Source: Rhodospirillales bacterium
GTDB taxonomy: Bacteria > Pseudomonadota > Alphaproteobacteria > Rhodospirillales > Defluviicoccaceae
Assembly: GCA_044869575.1 (NCBI GenBank)
Contig: JBIOXH010000253.1
Coordinates: forward strand, 1 to 61,251
Direction of reading: 5' to 3'
DNA length: 61,251 nt
Positions 36,079-50,090 of this stretch are shown piece by piece. Position numbers and translations under genes: made by a program. Within the stretch, counting starts at the first letter, position 1. Each line of letters begins with the position of its first letter. A model generated the notes under the pieces. It was given only the letters and a program-made list of their open reading frames with translations, did no database searches and was not told the DNA's origin.

Positions 36079-37347
36079 TTGTTTCTCCGCAGCCTGGTCG
36101 CCGTTCTCGCCCTCGCCGCATCGGCGTGGCTGCCGACCCCTCCGGCATGGTCGCAGCAGCAGCAGGGTATCGTCGCGACCGTTAATGACGACGTCATCTC
36201 CTCACACGATCTGGAGAGCCGCATGGCGTTGTTCCTGGCAACGTCGAACACCCCGGATACGCTCGAAAACCGCCGAAGATTGGCCCCGGAGGTGTTGCGC
36301 ACGCTGATCGACGATGTGCTCAAGCGGCAGGAGATGCGCCGGCAGAACATCACGGTGAGCCAAACGGAAATCGATCGCACACTAGCCCAGGTTGCGGCGC
36401 AGGTTGGCATTTCCCCTGATGCTCTGCCCAGCTACCTTGCCAGCCGTGGCGTACCAATGTCGACTTTGGTCGACCAGATGGAGGTCGAGATCGGTTGGCT
36501 GAAGGTGGTGACCCGCGTCGCCGGCGATCGGGCAGTGGTAAGTCCGGAGGAGATCGACGAGGAACTGACCCGCGCTCGCGGCAAGAGCGGCGGGGAACTC
36601 CGTGTCGGCGAGATTTTCCTCGGGGTGGACGATCCCGCCGAGCAGCCGCGGGTAGAGGAACTCGCCCGCAGACTAGTCGCCGATGCGCGGAAGGGGGCCA
36701 ACTTCGCGGCGCTTGCGCGCACATTTTCGCAAGGGCCATCGGCCGCGGCTGGTGGCGACCTCGGCTGGCTACCGCTAGACGAACTGGATGGGCAAATGGC
36801 CGCGGTGTTGGCGAACTTGCAAGCCGGCCAAGTCTCTGACCCGATACGCGCGCAGGGCGGCTACTTTATCCTCTACCTCGCCGACCGCCGTTCCGGCGAT
36901 GCCGAACCCCAGGGCAAGACCATGGTGACACTGCAGCAGGTTTTCCTGCCCGTGGCATCGACCTCGCCGACGGAAGCCGAACTCGGCGCGAAGGCACGGG
37001 CGGCACAGGAGATTGTCGCCGGGGCGCGGAATTGCGCTGAGTTGGAGACACGGAGCAAACAGGTCCCAGAGGCTATGACGCGCAAGGCGGGCCAGGTCGA
37101 TGTGCAGCAATTACCGCCAGAGGTGCAAAGGGTAATCCTGCCGCTTGCGCCCGGCGGGAGCACCCCGCCAGTCCGCGTCGCGGAAGGATTCCTGGTGCTG
37201 ATGGTCTGCGACCGCACGGTCGAGGACGCCAGCGCGCAGCAGCGCTCGGCTATCGAGCGCCGGCTACGCGAACAGCGTCTTTCGGCAACCGCCCGCCGGC
37301 ACCTTCGCGATCTTCGTCGCGGTGCGCTGCTGGACGTGCGCCTGTGA
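36079..37347 (+). CDS. surA: SurA-like periplasmic peptidyl-prolyl isomerase/chaperone
   Basis: signal peptide, IVATVNDDVIS, FAALARTFS..GGDLGW, LRDLRR. Confidence 0.88.
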   Translation: MFLRSLVAVLALAASAWLPTPPAWSQQQQGIVATVNDDVISSHDLESRMALFLATSNTPDTLENRRRLAPEVLRTLIDDVLKRQEMRRQNITVSQTEIDRTLAQVAAQVGISPDALPSYLASRGVPMSTLVDQMEVEIGWLKVVTRVAGDRAVVSPEEIDEELTRARGKSGGELRVGEIFLGVDDPAEQPRVEELARRLVADARKGANFAALARTFSQGPSAAAGGDLGWLPLDELDGQMAAVLANLQAGQVSDPIRAQGGYFILYLADRRSGDAEPQGKTMVTLQQVFLPVASTSPTEAELGAKARAAQEIVAGARNCAELETRSKQVPEAMTRKAGQVDVQQLPPEVQRVILPLAPGGSTPPVRVAEGFLVLMVCDRTVEDASAQQRSAIERRLREQRLSATARRHLRDLRRGALLDVRL

Positions 37348-38366
37348 GTCGATTGCGGCCAGGTGACCGGCCGCTGGTGCTGACAATGGGCGAGCCGGCC
37401 GGAATCGGCGGCGAAATCGCGCTGAAGGCATGGCTCGCTCGCGAGAACGGGCTGCCGCCGTTCTTTCTCGTGGACGACGCGGCCCGGCTCCGAGCCCTTG
37501 CTGGAAGCCTCGGTCTGCCCGTGCCCGTGCGGACAGTCAGCGGCGCAAACGATGCTCTCAGCGTCTTTGGCGAAGCGTTGCCGGTGCTCGACCGGCCGTT
37601 GCCGGAGCCGTCACTTCCCGGCCGACCGGACCCGGGAAACGCGACCGCGGTAACCGGCGCGATCGAGACGGCGGTGACCCTCGTCCGCTCCGGCGAGGCT
37701 TTGGCCGTGGTCACAAATCCCATTCACAAGAAAGCCCTCTACGAGGGCGGCTTCCGTTTCCCGGGCCATACCGAGTACCTGGCGACGCTCGCCGGCGGCG
37801 GATTCCGCCCGGTGATGATGCTTGCCTGCGCCGCCCTTCGGGTGGTGCCGGTGACGGTCCACGTCAGCCTCAAGCGGGCGATCGAAACGCTGCGAACGGA
37901 AGACATTGTCGCCAGCGCAACCAAGACCCACGCCGCCCTGCGCCACGACTTCGGCATCCTTCAGCCGAGACTCGCGGTTGCCGGGCTCAATCCACATGCC
38001 GGCGAAGGCGGCGAAATCGGCGGCGAGGAAGCGGCTATCATTGCGCCCGCCGTCGCCATGTTGCGCGAGCAGGTAATGGACGTGGCGGGGCCGCTCGCTC
38101 CCGATGCAATGTTCAGTCCGCGCGCCCGGGCGGGCTATGACGCGGCTATCTGCATGTACCACGACCAGGCGCTGATCCCGCTAAAGGCGCTCGACTTCGA
38201 TGGCGGCGTCAATGTCACGCTGGGCTTGCCGTTCGTCCGTACTTCGCCCGACCACGGCACCGCCCTCGACATCGCCGGCTCCGGACTGGCCAGCGCGGCG
38301 AGCTTGGTTGCGGCCATGTTCCTCGCCCGCGACATCGCCGAGAGGCGCTCAAGAGCGGCGGCATGA
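37344..38366 (+). CDS. pdxA: 4-hydroxythreonine-4-phosphate dehydrogenase
   Basis: [39 protein letters not shown]. Confidence 0.97.
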   Translation: MSRLRPGDRPLVLTMGEPAGIGGEIALKAWLARENGLPPFFLVDDAARLRALAGSLGLPVPVRTVSGANDALSVFGEALPVLDRPLPEPSLPGRPDPGNATAVTGAIETAVTLVRSGEALAVVTNPIHKKALYEGGFRFPGHTEYLATLAGGGFRPVMMLACAALRVVPVTVHVSLKRAIETLRTEDIVASATKTHAALRHDFGILQPRLAVAGLNPHAGEGGEIGGEEAAIIAPAVAMLREQVMDVAGPLAPDAMFSPRARAGYDAAICMYHDQALIPLKALDFDGGVNVTLGLPFVRTSPDHGTALDIAGSGLASAASLVAAMFLARDIAERRSRAAA

Positions 38367-39217
38367 GCGGCGAAGGGGTGGCGCACGGCGCGCCCGCCCC
38401 GCCGCCGATAAGCGAGGTCATCCGGCGCCACGAACTCTCGGCGAAGCGCTGGCTCGGCCAGCATTTTCTGCTTGATCTAAATCTTACCGCTAGAATCGCG
38501 CGCGCCGCCGGCGACCTATCGGCTACCTCGGTCATCGAGATTGGCCCAGGACCGGGCGGCCTGACTCGCGCTCTGCTGTCGGCCGGCGCCCGCGCGGTGT
38601 TCGCGATCGAGAAGGACCCACGTTGCGCAGCGGCGCTCGGCGAGTTGGCCGCGACCTATCCCGATCGCCTCACCATCATCGAGGCGGATGCGCTGGGCCT
38701 GGACCTCGCGGCGCGGACACCGCCGCCGCGCCGCATCGTCGCCAACCTGCCATACAACATAGCCACACCCCTGTTGATCGGTTGGCTGCGCAGGATCGAC
38801 AATTTCGACGGGCTGACGCTGATGTTCCAGAAAGAGGTGGCCCACCGGCTGACCGCGAAGCCGGGTAGCGCCCACTACGGCCGGCTCTCGGTGATCACGC
38901 AATGGCGGACCCAACCGCGTTACGAGTTCGCCGTCGATCAGCGCGCGTTTACGCCGCCGCCAAAGATCACCTCGGCCGTCGTCAGCCTCATCCCGCGCTC
39001 GGCGCCGCTCGCCCCGGCCCGGTTCGAGATGCTGGAACGCGTCACCGCGGCGGCTTTCGGCCAGCGCCGCAAGATGCTGCGCGGCAGCTTGAGGGCGCTT
39101 GGCCTGGATCCCGAACTTGCCGGCATCGATCCGACCCGCCGCGCCGAGGATCTCTCGGTGGAGGAGTTCTGCGCACTAGCCCGGCAACTCGAGGACATGA
39201 CGAAATCCGGGGTCTGA
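38363..39217 (+). CDS. rsmA: 16S rRNA A1518/A1519 dimethyltransferase
   Basis: [39 protein letters not shown]. Confidence 0.97.
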   Translation: MSGEGVAHGAPAPPPISEVIRRHELSAKRWLGQHFLLDLNLTARIARAAGDLSATSVIEIGPGPGGLTRALLSAGARAVFAIEKDPRCAAALGELAATYPDRLTIIEADALGLDLAARTPPPRRIVANLPYNIATPLLIGWLRRIDNFDGLTLMFQKEVAHRLTAKPGSAHYGRLSVITQWRTQPRYEFAVDQRAFTPPPKITSAVVSLIPRSAPLAPARFEMLERVTAAAFGQRRKMLRGSLRALGLDPELAGIDPTRRAEDLSVEEFCALARQLEDMTKSGV

Positions 39218-39246
39218 GCCTCAATCAAACGCGAGCACCCGCCTGT

Positions 39247-41070
<1,824 letters not shown>

Positions 41071-41259
41071 GGGGCTCCTGGTCCAGGTTGTGATGTTCGA
41101 TTGGTTAGAGGAGATTGTATAGTGAGTATGATGTAGGTGCGTCGGGTCGACGGCGCACGCAACTCGCTATATTTCGCGGGGGCCGCGCATCTATATACCC
41201 CGGGTGCGCCAAACCGGTTCAGCAGGCATGGCTTCTCCCGGCGACCTCGCAACTAATCA

Positions 41260-42576
41260 TCAGCGGCGCGTGTAGTATTTGGCGAGGAAGGCGTCGGCGC
41301 CGGACTCCCCCTGATTGGCTCCGCCTAACGATCCATGCGTATACCCTGAGATATAGACGTTCCCGCCGCGATCTACCGCTACGCTGTTCGAGCCGTCGCC
41401 CTCGGGTGTGCCAAGCTGACGTTTCCATCGGAGCATGCCGTCCGCCGAGTACCTGGCAATCCAGGCGTCAGTACTCCCGCGATTGGCCGCCCCCAAAGAA
41501 CCAGTTGTCATTCCTGAGATGACATTGTTCTCCTCGTCGCTCTCCACCGCGAACGAGTAGTCCCAATCCGATGTTCCCAGTTGTCTCGTCCAGAGCAGGG
41601 CACCCTTCTTCGAGTACTTAGCTAGCCAAGCATCGGCGGACCCGACTGAGGGCTTTGAGGTCGCAAGGTTGCCGCGGGTTTCACCGGACATGTAGACATT
41701 CCCCTCGCGGTCCGTGGCAACACCCGACGAGGCGTCCCGTCCGGACGTACCAAGTTGCCTTTTCCAGCGCAACTTGCCATCGGCCGAGTACTTGGCGAGC
41801 CAAGCATCCTCATCGCCGCGATGAGTCGCACCCAGCGAGCCGCGCGTCGATCCGGAGATGTACACATTCCCATCCCGGTCGGTGGCAACACCATTCGAGA
41901 TATCTCCCTTCCCTAAATCTTGTTCCGAGGCTCCGAGATGCCGGATCCACAACAGCGCGCCTTGTGCGGAGTACTTGGCTACGAATGCATCATAGCTACC
42001 GTAATCAGCTCCCGGTCGTGATCGAAAATCCGCTCCGGCAATGTACACGTTTCCGCCACGATCTGTCGCGACTCCGCTCGCGAAAGCGGCAGTCACTCCT
42101 CCCAGTTGTCTTCTCCATGAAAACGCCCCGTCTTGCGAATACCTGGCGATCCATGCATCGTCACTGTAACGCCCTCCGACCAGGTAGCCACTGATTCGAC
42201 CAGCTATGTACACATTCTGGTTGCCGTCGGTCGCGACGGCGTCTACCACATCGTCATGAGCGGTTCCGAGTTGTCTCTTCCACTTCAATTGGCCGGATGC
42301 GGAATACTTAGCGAGCCACGCGTCCAATCCGCCCAGATTGGGTTCCGCGAGTGAACCGCTGCCTGACATAGGGGTGCCTGCCGTCGCACCCGCGACGTAC
42401 ACCTCGCCCTCGCGGTTCGTCGCAACTCCCGTCGCGATATCGTAGGAAGCTGTTCCGAGTTGGCGCACCCACTGCGGACTGTCCCATGCCAACGCCGAAC
42501 TCGATATGCCGACACACAAGACAACGGCCAAGATGCCGCCGCAACCACGCCTCCCGGCGCGTTTATGCTTCGCCAT
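41260..42576 (-). CDS. secreted seven-bladed beta-propeller (SBBP-repeat) protein
   Basis: signal peptide ending ALA; seven W.RQLGT..D...GVATD..GNVY..G...DAWLAKY repeats. Confidence 0.88.
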   Translation of the reverse strand: MAKHKRAGRRGCGGILAVVLCVGISSSALAWDSPQWVRQLGTASYDIATGVATNREGEVYVAGATAGTPMSGSGSLAEPNLGGLDAWLAKYSASGQLKWKRQLGTAHDDVVDAVATDGNQNVYIAGRISGYLVGGRYSDDAWIARYSQDGAFSWRRQLGGVTAAFASGVATDRGGNVYIAGADFRSRPGADYGSYDAFVAKYSAQGALLWIRHLGASEQDLGKGDISNGVATDRDGNVYISGSTRGSLGATHRGDEDAWLAKYSADGKLRWKRQLGTSGRDASSGVATDREGNVYMSGETRGNLATSKPSVGSADAWLAKYSKKGALLWTRQLGTSDWDYSFAVESDEENNVISGMTTGSLGAANRGSTDAWIARYSADGMLRWKRQLGTPEGDGSNSVAVDRGGNVYISGYTHGSLGGANQGESGADAFLAKYYTRR

Positions 42577-42725
42577 GATCTTCCCCCATTGGCGGACTTA
42601 GAGCGGAGTCAGGTAGGCTCTATACCACCTCGACCGCCGGAATACACCATAAGGGGCAGCTGTGGAGTGAAGCTCTTTGTTCCGTAACTTCTTAGATATA
42701 GGTAGTGAGTTGTTGCAGGGCGCGT

Positions 42726-43369
42726 TCACCCCCTGACGCCCGGGACGAGAACTCGACGTAATGCGGCCGCCTGGCGCGCGAGCGTGGTGATGCGAGCCCA
42801 GTCCTGGCGTTCGATGGCCTCGCCGGGCGTCAGCCACGAGCCGCCGACGCCGGCGACGTTGGGCAGTGCCAGGTACTCCGGCGCTGTCTCGGCGGTGATG
42901 CCGCCCGTCGGGCAGAATCGTACATGAGGAAACGGGCCCGCCAGCGCGTTCAGCATGCCGACCCCGCCCGCCACTCGGGCCGGGAAGAGCTTGAGCTCCG
43001 TGAACCCGGCGGCGGTGGCCGATATCACCTCCGACGGCGTCATCACGCCCGGCAGCAGCGGCAGCCGGTGCTCGCGAGCCGCCCAAGCGAAGTCTTGCGC
43101 GAATCCGGGCGTAACGGCAAACCGGGCGCCCGCCTCCCGCGCCGCGCCGAGCTGTTTCGGATCGGTGACCGTCCCCACGCCAACGATGGCGTCCGGCACC
43201 TCGCGGACTATTCGCCGGATAGCTTCGACAGCGGCTTCCGTCCGCAAAGTGATCTCTAGAACGCGTATCCCGCCCGCCATCAATGCGTGGGTTAGCGGCG
43301 TCGCGTGGCGCGCATCCTCGATCACGACGACCGGAAGCACCGGGCCGAGGCTCAGTAGCGCTTCGATGG

Positions 43370-43388
<19 letters not shown>
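42726..43388 (-). CDS. eda: KDPG/KHG aldolase
   Basis: LEITLRT, VGVGTV, TPSE, KLFPA, FCPTGGI, GGSWL. Confidence 0.96.
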
Positions 43389-45316
<1,928 letters not shown>

Positions 45317-45367
45317 GGATGATCTCCGCCGAGGCAAGGCTTGCAGAGCCGTCCCTTCTCGCCCTGC

Positions 45368-46927
45368 TCAGTATATCTTCATTCGCCGCACACCTTGCTG
45401 GAACGCCGCTAGACGCGCGTACTCTTCCTCCAGCTTTGCCGGGATACTCATATAGATAGGCGTGAGCTCGGAATAAGCCGCGACATTCTCCGCAATCGGC
45501 CGGTGGCGGTGCGTTGTGCCCACCATGTCCGCCACGACGTTCAGGGTCTCTACTTCGCCTAGGGCATAGAGGGCGAGCACCGCCGCTCCGAGGCAGGAGC
45601 TCTCGAAGCTTTCCGGCACTATCACCTCCCGGTTGAACACGTCGGACAACATCTGCCGCCACAGCACCGAGCGGGCAAAGCCGCCCGTAGCCTTGATCGT
45701 GCGCGTCGGCCCGATCAGCGCTTCGACGGTCGGCAGAATGCTGAACAAGCTGTATATTACGCCTTCCAGCACGGCGCGGATCATGTGTTCCTTGCGGTGA
45801 TGGGGCGCCAGCCCGAAGAACGACGCACGCATGGAGGCATCCCACCACGGAGCACGCTCGCCGGTGAGGAACGGATGGAAGATCAGCCCATCGCTACCCG
45901 GAGGGACGCGTTCGGCGATGCGGGTCAGCACGTCGTAGGAGTCCATCCCCAGCCGTGCCGCCGTCTCGGTTTCCGCCGCGGCCAGCTCGTCGCGAACCCA
46001 ACGGAAGGCTATGCCGCCGTTGTTGACTGGCCCGCCTACGATCCATCGGTTCTCGGTGAGCAGATAGCAGAAGGTGCGGCCCTTCGGATCGGTTAGCGGA
46101 CGATCGACGACTGCCCGCATTGCTCCGCTAGTGCCGATGGTGATCGCCACCTCGCCCGGCCCTATCGCATCGGCTCCGAGATTGGACAGCGCGCCGTCGT
46201 TTGCGCCGACGACGAAAGGCACGTTGGGCGAGAGCCCCATGTCGGCCGCGAGCGTGAGATCGAGCCCTTCCAGGTGGTGCGTGGGCGGGACGGGCTTCGG
46301 CAGCCGTTCCGGCGTCAGGCCGACGATGGCCAGCGCGCCCTCATCCCAGTCGAGCTTGCGCAAGTTGAACAGCCCGGTGGCCGAGGCGATCGAGTAATCG
46401 ACCAGCCAGCGGCCGAATAGCCGGAAGAACACGTATTCCTTGATGCCGACGAAGCGCGCGGCCCGCTCGAACAGCTCCGGTCGCTCGCGCCGCAGCCATA
46501 GCAGCTTTGCTAGCGGTGACATAGGATGGATTGGCGTGCCGGTGCGCAGGTAGACGCCGTGCCCGTCCATCTCCCGCGCGATCTTCTTCGCGTAAGCGGC
46601 GCTCCGCGTATCCGCCCAGGTGATGCTCGGGGTCAGCGGCTTTCCTGCGCCGTCGACGGCGATCAGGCTGTGCATGGCGGCGCCGAAGCCTACGCAGCGG
46701 ATGTCCCGGGCGTTGATCCCACGAGTCCGCAGCGCGGCGCTTGTGGCGGCAATGCACGCCGCGTAGATCTCCTCCGGATCCTGCTCGGCCACTCCTGGGG
46801 TCGGCGTGTGCAGGGGATAGCCGGCGGTGTGGCAGCCTCGCACCTTCCCTTCGCTATCGAAGACCACGGCCTTGGTGCTGCTAGTGCCGATGTCGACGCC
46901 CACGGCGAGAGCCTCGCGCCCCGCCAT
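45368..46927 (-). CDS. gntK: gluconokinase, FGGY family
   Basis: DIGTSSTK, AMHSL, ITWAD, TGTPIHPMSPL, IGTSGA, RTFCY, GERAP; upstream of edd-eda. Confidence 0.88.
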   Translation of the reverse strand: MAGREALAVGVDIGTSSTKAVVFDSEGKVRGCHTAGYPLHTPTPGVAEQDPEEIYAACIAATSAALRTRGINARDIRCVGFGAAMHSLIAVDGAGKPLTPSITWADTRSAAYAKKIAREMDGHGVYLRTGTPIHPMSPLAKLLWLRRERPELFERAARFVGIKEYVFFRLFGRWLVDYSIASATGLFNLRKLDWDEGALAIVGLTPERLPKPVPPTHHLEGLDLTLAADMGLSPNVPFVVGANDGALSNLGADAIGPGEVAITIGTSGAMRAVVDRPLTDPKGRTFCYLLTENRWIVGGPVNNGGIAFRWVRDELAAAETETAARLGMDSYDVLTRIAERVPPGSDGLIFHPFLTGERAPWWDASMRASFFGLAPHHRKEHMIRAVLEGVIYSLFSILPTVEALIGPTRTIKATGGFARSVLWRQMLSDVFNREVIVPESFESSCLGAAVLALYALGEVETLNVVADMVGTTHRHRPIAENVAAYSELTPIYMSIPAKLEEEYARLAAFQQGVRRMKIY

Positions 46928-47037
46928 GGCTCACGTGCCGCGGATCAGGTGACCGGGTTGGCGATCAAGGGATGACAACGGCCGGCCCGGAGAGAAGTCG
47001 CGGCGATCGCACAGCCGGGTGAGGGAGTTACCGGGCG

Positions 47038-47460
47038 TCAAACAACCTTAAGGCGGACGTCGATGTTGCCTTGCGTGGCGTGCGAATAGGGGCAGATCAC
47101 ATGCGCCTTGGCGACCAAGTCCTCGGCCTTCTCGCGCTCGATTCCCGGCAAGGATACGTCCATGTCGACGTCGATGCCAAACCCCTGCCCATCGTCGCGC
47201 GGACCGATGCCGACGGTCGCCGTCACCGTCGCGTTGTCCGGGATGCGCACTTTCTCCTTGCCCGCCGCTGCCTTGAGCGCCCCCAGGAAGCAGGCCGAAT
47301 AGCCGGAGGCGAACAGCTGCTCGGGATTGGTTCCGTCACCTCCGGCGCCGCCCAGCTCCTTGGGTGTCGAGAGCTTCACATCGAGCTTACCGTCGGCCGT
47401 CTTTGACTGTCCTTCGCGCCCGCCCGTGCTGGTGGCCGTGGTCTTGTAGGCGATCTTCAT
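47038..47460 (-). CDS. ohr: organic hydroperoxide resistance protein
   Basis: TGGREG, GTNPEQLFASGYSACF, AHVICPYS. Confidence 0.96.
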   Translation of the reverse strand: MKIAYKTTATSTGGREGQSKTADGKLDVKLSTPKELGGAGGDGTNPEQLFASGYSACFLGALKAAAGKEKVRIPDNATVTATVGIGPRDDGQGFGIDVDMDVSLPGIEREKAEDLVAKAHVICPYSHATQGNIDVRLKVV

Positions 47461-47647
47461 GATGAACGTCCCTTTCTGGGGCGACGCCGCGGCAGAAAAA
47501 ACTGCGCGCTGATGCCGCTCGCGATCTCCAACAGCGACCTAAGCTACGCGGTTTCGGCCCCGGATTGAAGTCGCTCGTAAAGCCCATCAGGACGCGTTTG
47601 CCGGCAGCTCGGCGTTTGCCAGCGGAAGCCGAGCCGATGACGGGCGG

Positions 47648-48169
47648 TCAATGTGTGTTGATCGATTGGTTGAAGCCCGCGACCGCCAACTGCCTGGCAG
47701 AGAGCTGCCGCGCTAGGCAACGATCCGTATCGGGGTCGATGAGCGTGTGGAGCCGTTGCAGGACCAACATCTCCTCCATGATCAGATGTCTCATCATTTC
47801 CGAGAAAAGCGCGTTTACACCGTCGCGGAACTTGCGCCACCGCTCGCTGTCCGCGCCATACCTCGACAACTCCATCGCGCTTGTTTGAAGCCGCTTGGCG
47901 AGGGGATCGATCGCCGCGTGATCTTTGGCCAAGTAGCCGGCCGTCTCGGCTTCGCCACGATCGCACATTTGCGGAAACAGAACGTCCTCTTCGAACGCAT
48001 GGTGAAGGAAGACGTGGTCCAGCCCTGCGATCAGCCTGCAAAGCGCTCCTTTTTCCTCGCGGTTGTGCGGAGTCAGGGGAAGCTCGCCCGCATCGCCCGT
48101 GACCCTGTTCTTCAGTTCACTCATCCATACAACTATGCGGAAATGCTCTTCGTGAAGAACATCTCCCAA
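47648..48169 (-). CDS. hemerythrin-like (HHE) domain protein; 5' end possibly frameshifted
   Basis: LHEEH, HHAFEEDVLFP, DH, HLIMEE metal-ligand pattern; weak TTG start with an out-of-frame ATG at 48188. Confidence 0.7.
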   Translation of the reverse strand: MGDVLHEEHFRIVVWMSELKNRVTGDAGELPLTPHNREEKGALCRLIAGLDHVFLHHAFEEDVLFPQMCDRGEAETAGYLAKDHAAIDPLAKRLQTSAMELSRYGADSERWRKFRDGVNALFSEMMRHLIMEEMLVLQRLHTLIDPDTDRCLARQLSARQLAVAGFNQSINTH

Positions 48170-48470
48170 TTTGCGTCAGACCCGACATGTCGCCGATAAT
48201 CCTTTATGCTCGCGGTCACCCTTGTTGTTGTTCTCGAACGGACCGCACCTCGCACGATAGGGCCGCGCCTCGAGGAGCTGTTATGAGGATTGAGCAACTC
48301 AGGCCCGCGCGCGAAAGCTTACTTCAGTGCCGGCCAGGCACTCGCCACCGCTTCATGGCCGATGCGGAAGAAAGAAGATTCTACGCGTGTCGTTCGATCC
48401 TGGAGAGCTGACTTGGCATTCAGGCACGAAGGCGCCGCAGGCGCGACAATAGGCGAGGGCCGCTAGTAGG

Positions 48471-49916
48471 GTGACGGACTTGCTGGCCACGCTGTCCCCG
48501 CCTTTGTTGGCTGCCTTGCAACTTGCAATGGGGGTGGTGGCTTCGGCGCACGTCGTCTTGCACAAGCGGGACGTTCGCGCGGCGATCGGCTGGATCGGCC
48601 TAATCTGGCTGGTGCCCTACGGTGGTTCCATCCTCTACGCGCTGTTCGGGATAAACCGGCTTCGCCGCCGGGCGAGTGGGCTCCGGGCGCTGCGGCCGTA
48701 TGCAAGAACGCCAGAACGAACGTTGGAGTCCCCGGCCGAACTGACCGCCACCCTGCCGAGCTCCGGTCGCCACCTAATGTCGGTGGCCATTCTGATCGAT
48801 CGGGTGACCGATACCGCCATTACCGCTGGCAACGCCATCCTGCCGATGGCGGATGGGGCTCGGGCATACACGACGATGCTCGACGCGATAGACAAAGCTC
48901 GGCGGACCGTCGGGCTGAGCACTTACATCTTCGACGGCGACCAGATGGGTCGTCATTTCGCCACCGCGCTTGCGCGCGCCGTCAAGCGAGGCGTTGCCGT
49001 GCGGGTACTAATTGACGGCGTGGGCGCCCGGTACTCATATCCCGCCATAACTGGCCTCTTACGCCGCGAGGGCGTTCCTTCGGCCGAATTCCTTCCGAGC
49101 CTGTTTCCGCTGTCGCTGCACTATGCGAATCTACGTAATCATCGTAAGATTCTGGTGGCCGACGGACAGGTAGGCTTTACAGGCGGGATGAACATCCGCC
49201 AGGGGCATGCCGATGATGACGGTGCCCACGCGATCCGGGACGCGCACTTCCGACTTCAAGGTCCGGTGGTCGCCCACCTTTCGGAAGTCTTCGCCGATGA
49301 TTGGGCTTTCACGACCGGCGAGCAACTCTCCGGCGATGGGTGGTTCCCGCCGCTTCAGCCAGCGGGGTCGGTGTTCGCGCGAGGCATCGCGGCTGGTCCG
49401 GACGAACTCTTCGAGCGCGTGCGATGGGCCATTCTCGGCGCCTTGTCGCAAGCACGCGAGCGCATTCGCATCGTCACGCCCTACTTTCTGCCCGATACGG
49501 CGCTTTCGACAGCGCTGCAGGTGGCGGCGCTACGAGGCGTGGCGATCGACATCGCTTTCCCGCAAAGGAACAACCTACGGCTGGTGCAATGGGCTTCCTG
49601 GGCAAAGATATCCCAGTTCCTCGCGCGTGGCTGCCGAGTCTGGCTAACGCCGCCGCCGTTCGATCATTCCAAACTGATGACAGTCGATGGTCTTTGGAGT
49701 TTTGTCGGCTCGACGAACTGGGATCCGCGGAGCTTCCGGCTGAACTTCGAATTCAACGTCGAATGCTATGACCAGGCGCTGGCCGCGGAACTCGATCTCC
49801 TGATCGATAGGAAGATCGCCATGTCTAAGTCTCTGACGCTAGCCGACCTCGATGCCCGAAGCTTCCCAGCGCAACTTAGAGACGGCGCCGCATGGCTGCT
49901 CTCGCCCTATCTCTGA
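48471..49916 (+). CDS. cls: cardiolipin synthase (phospholipase D family)
   Basis: N-terminal PLDc_N helices; two HKD motifs RNHRKILVAD and HSKLMTVD; GSTNWDPRSFRLNFE. Confidence 0.92.
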   Translation: MTDLLATLSPPLLAALQLAMGVVASAHVVLHKRDVRAAIGWIGLIWLVPYGGSILYALFGINRLRRRASGLRALRPYARTPERTLESPAELTATLPSSGRHLMSVAILIDRVTDTAITAGNAILPMADGARAYTTMLDAIDKARRTVGLSTYIFDGDQMGRHFATALARAVKRGVAVRVLIDGVGARYSYPAITGLLRREGVPSAEFLPSLFPLSLHYANLRNHRKILVADGQVGFTGGMNIRQGHADDDGAHAIRDAHFRLQGPVVAHLSEVFADDWAFTTGEQLSGDGWFPPLQPAGSVFARGIAAGPDELFERVRWAILGALSQARERIRIVTPYFLPDTALSTALQVAALRGVAIDIAFPQRNNLRLVQWASWAKISQFLARGCRVWLTPPPFDHSKLMTVDGLWSFVGSTNWDPRSFRLNFEFNVECYDQALAAELDLLIDRKIAMSKSLTLADLDARSFPAQLRDGAAWLLSPYL

Positions 49917-49938
49917 TACATGCGGCGCTTGCTGGCGG

Positions 49939-49964
49939 AAAAGCCGGGCCTTTGCAGGCCCGGC
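49939..49964 (-). terminator. intrinsic terminator for the arylesterase gene
   Basis: minus strand GCCGGGCCT-GCAA-AGGCCCGGC-TTTT: 9-bp stem, GNRA loop, short U-tract, between convergent genes. Confidence 0.65.
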
Positions 49965-50090
49965 CGTCCCCTTGAGGGGTGCCGGAGGAGGGGCGATTCC
50001 CCCGACACGGACTTTATACGTGGAATAGCCTTGGCCTCGCAGTGACGCTGATCACCGGTCGGAACTTGCCGATGTAGTCTATACGTGCCG

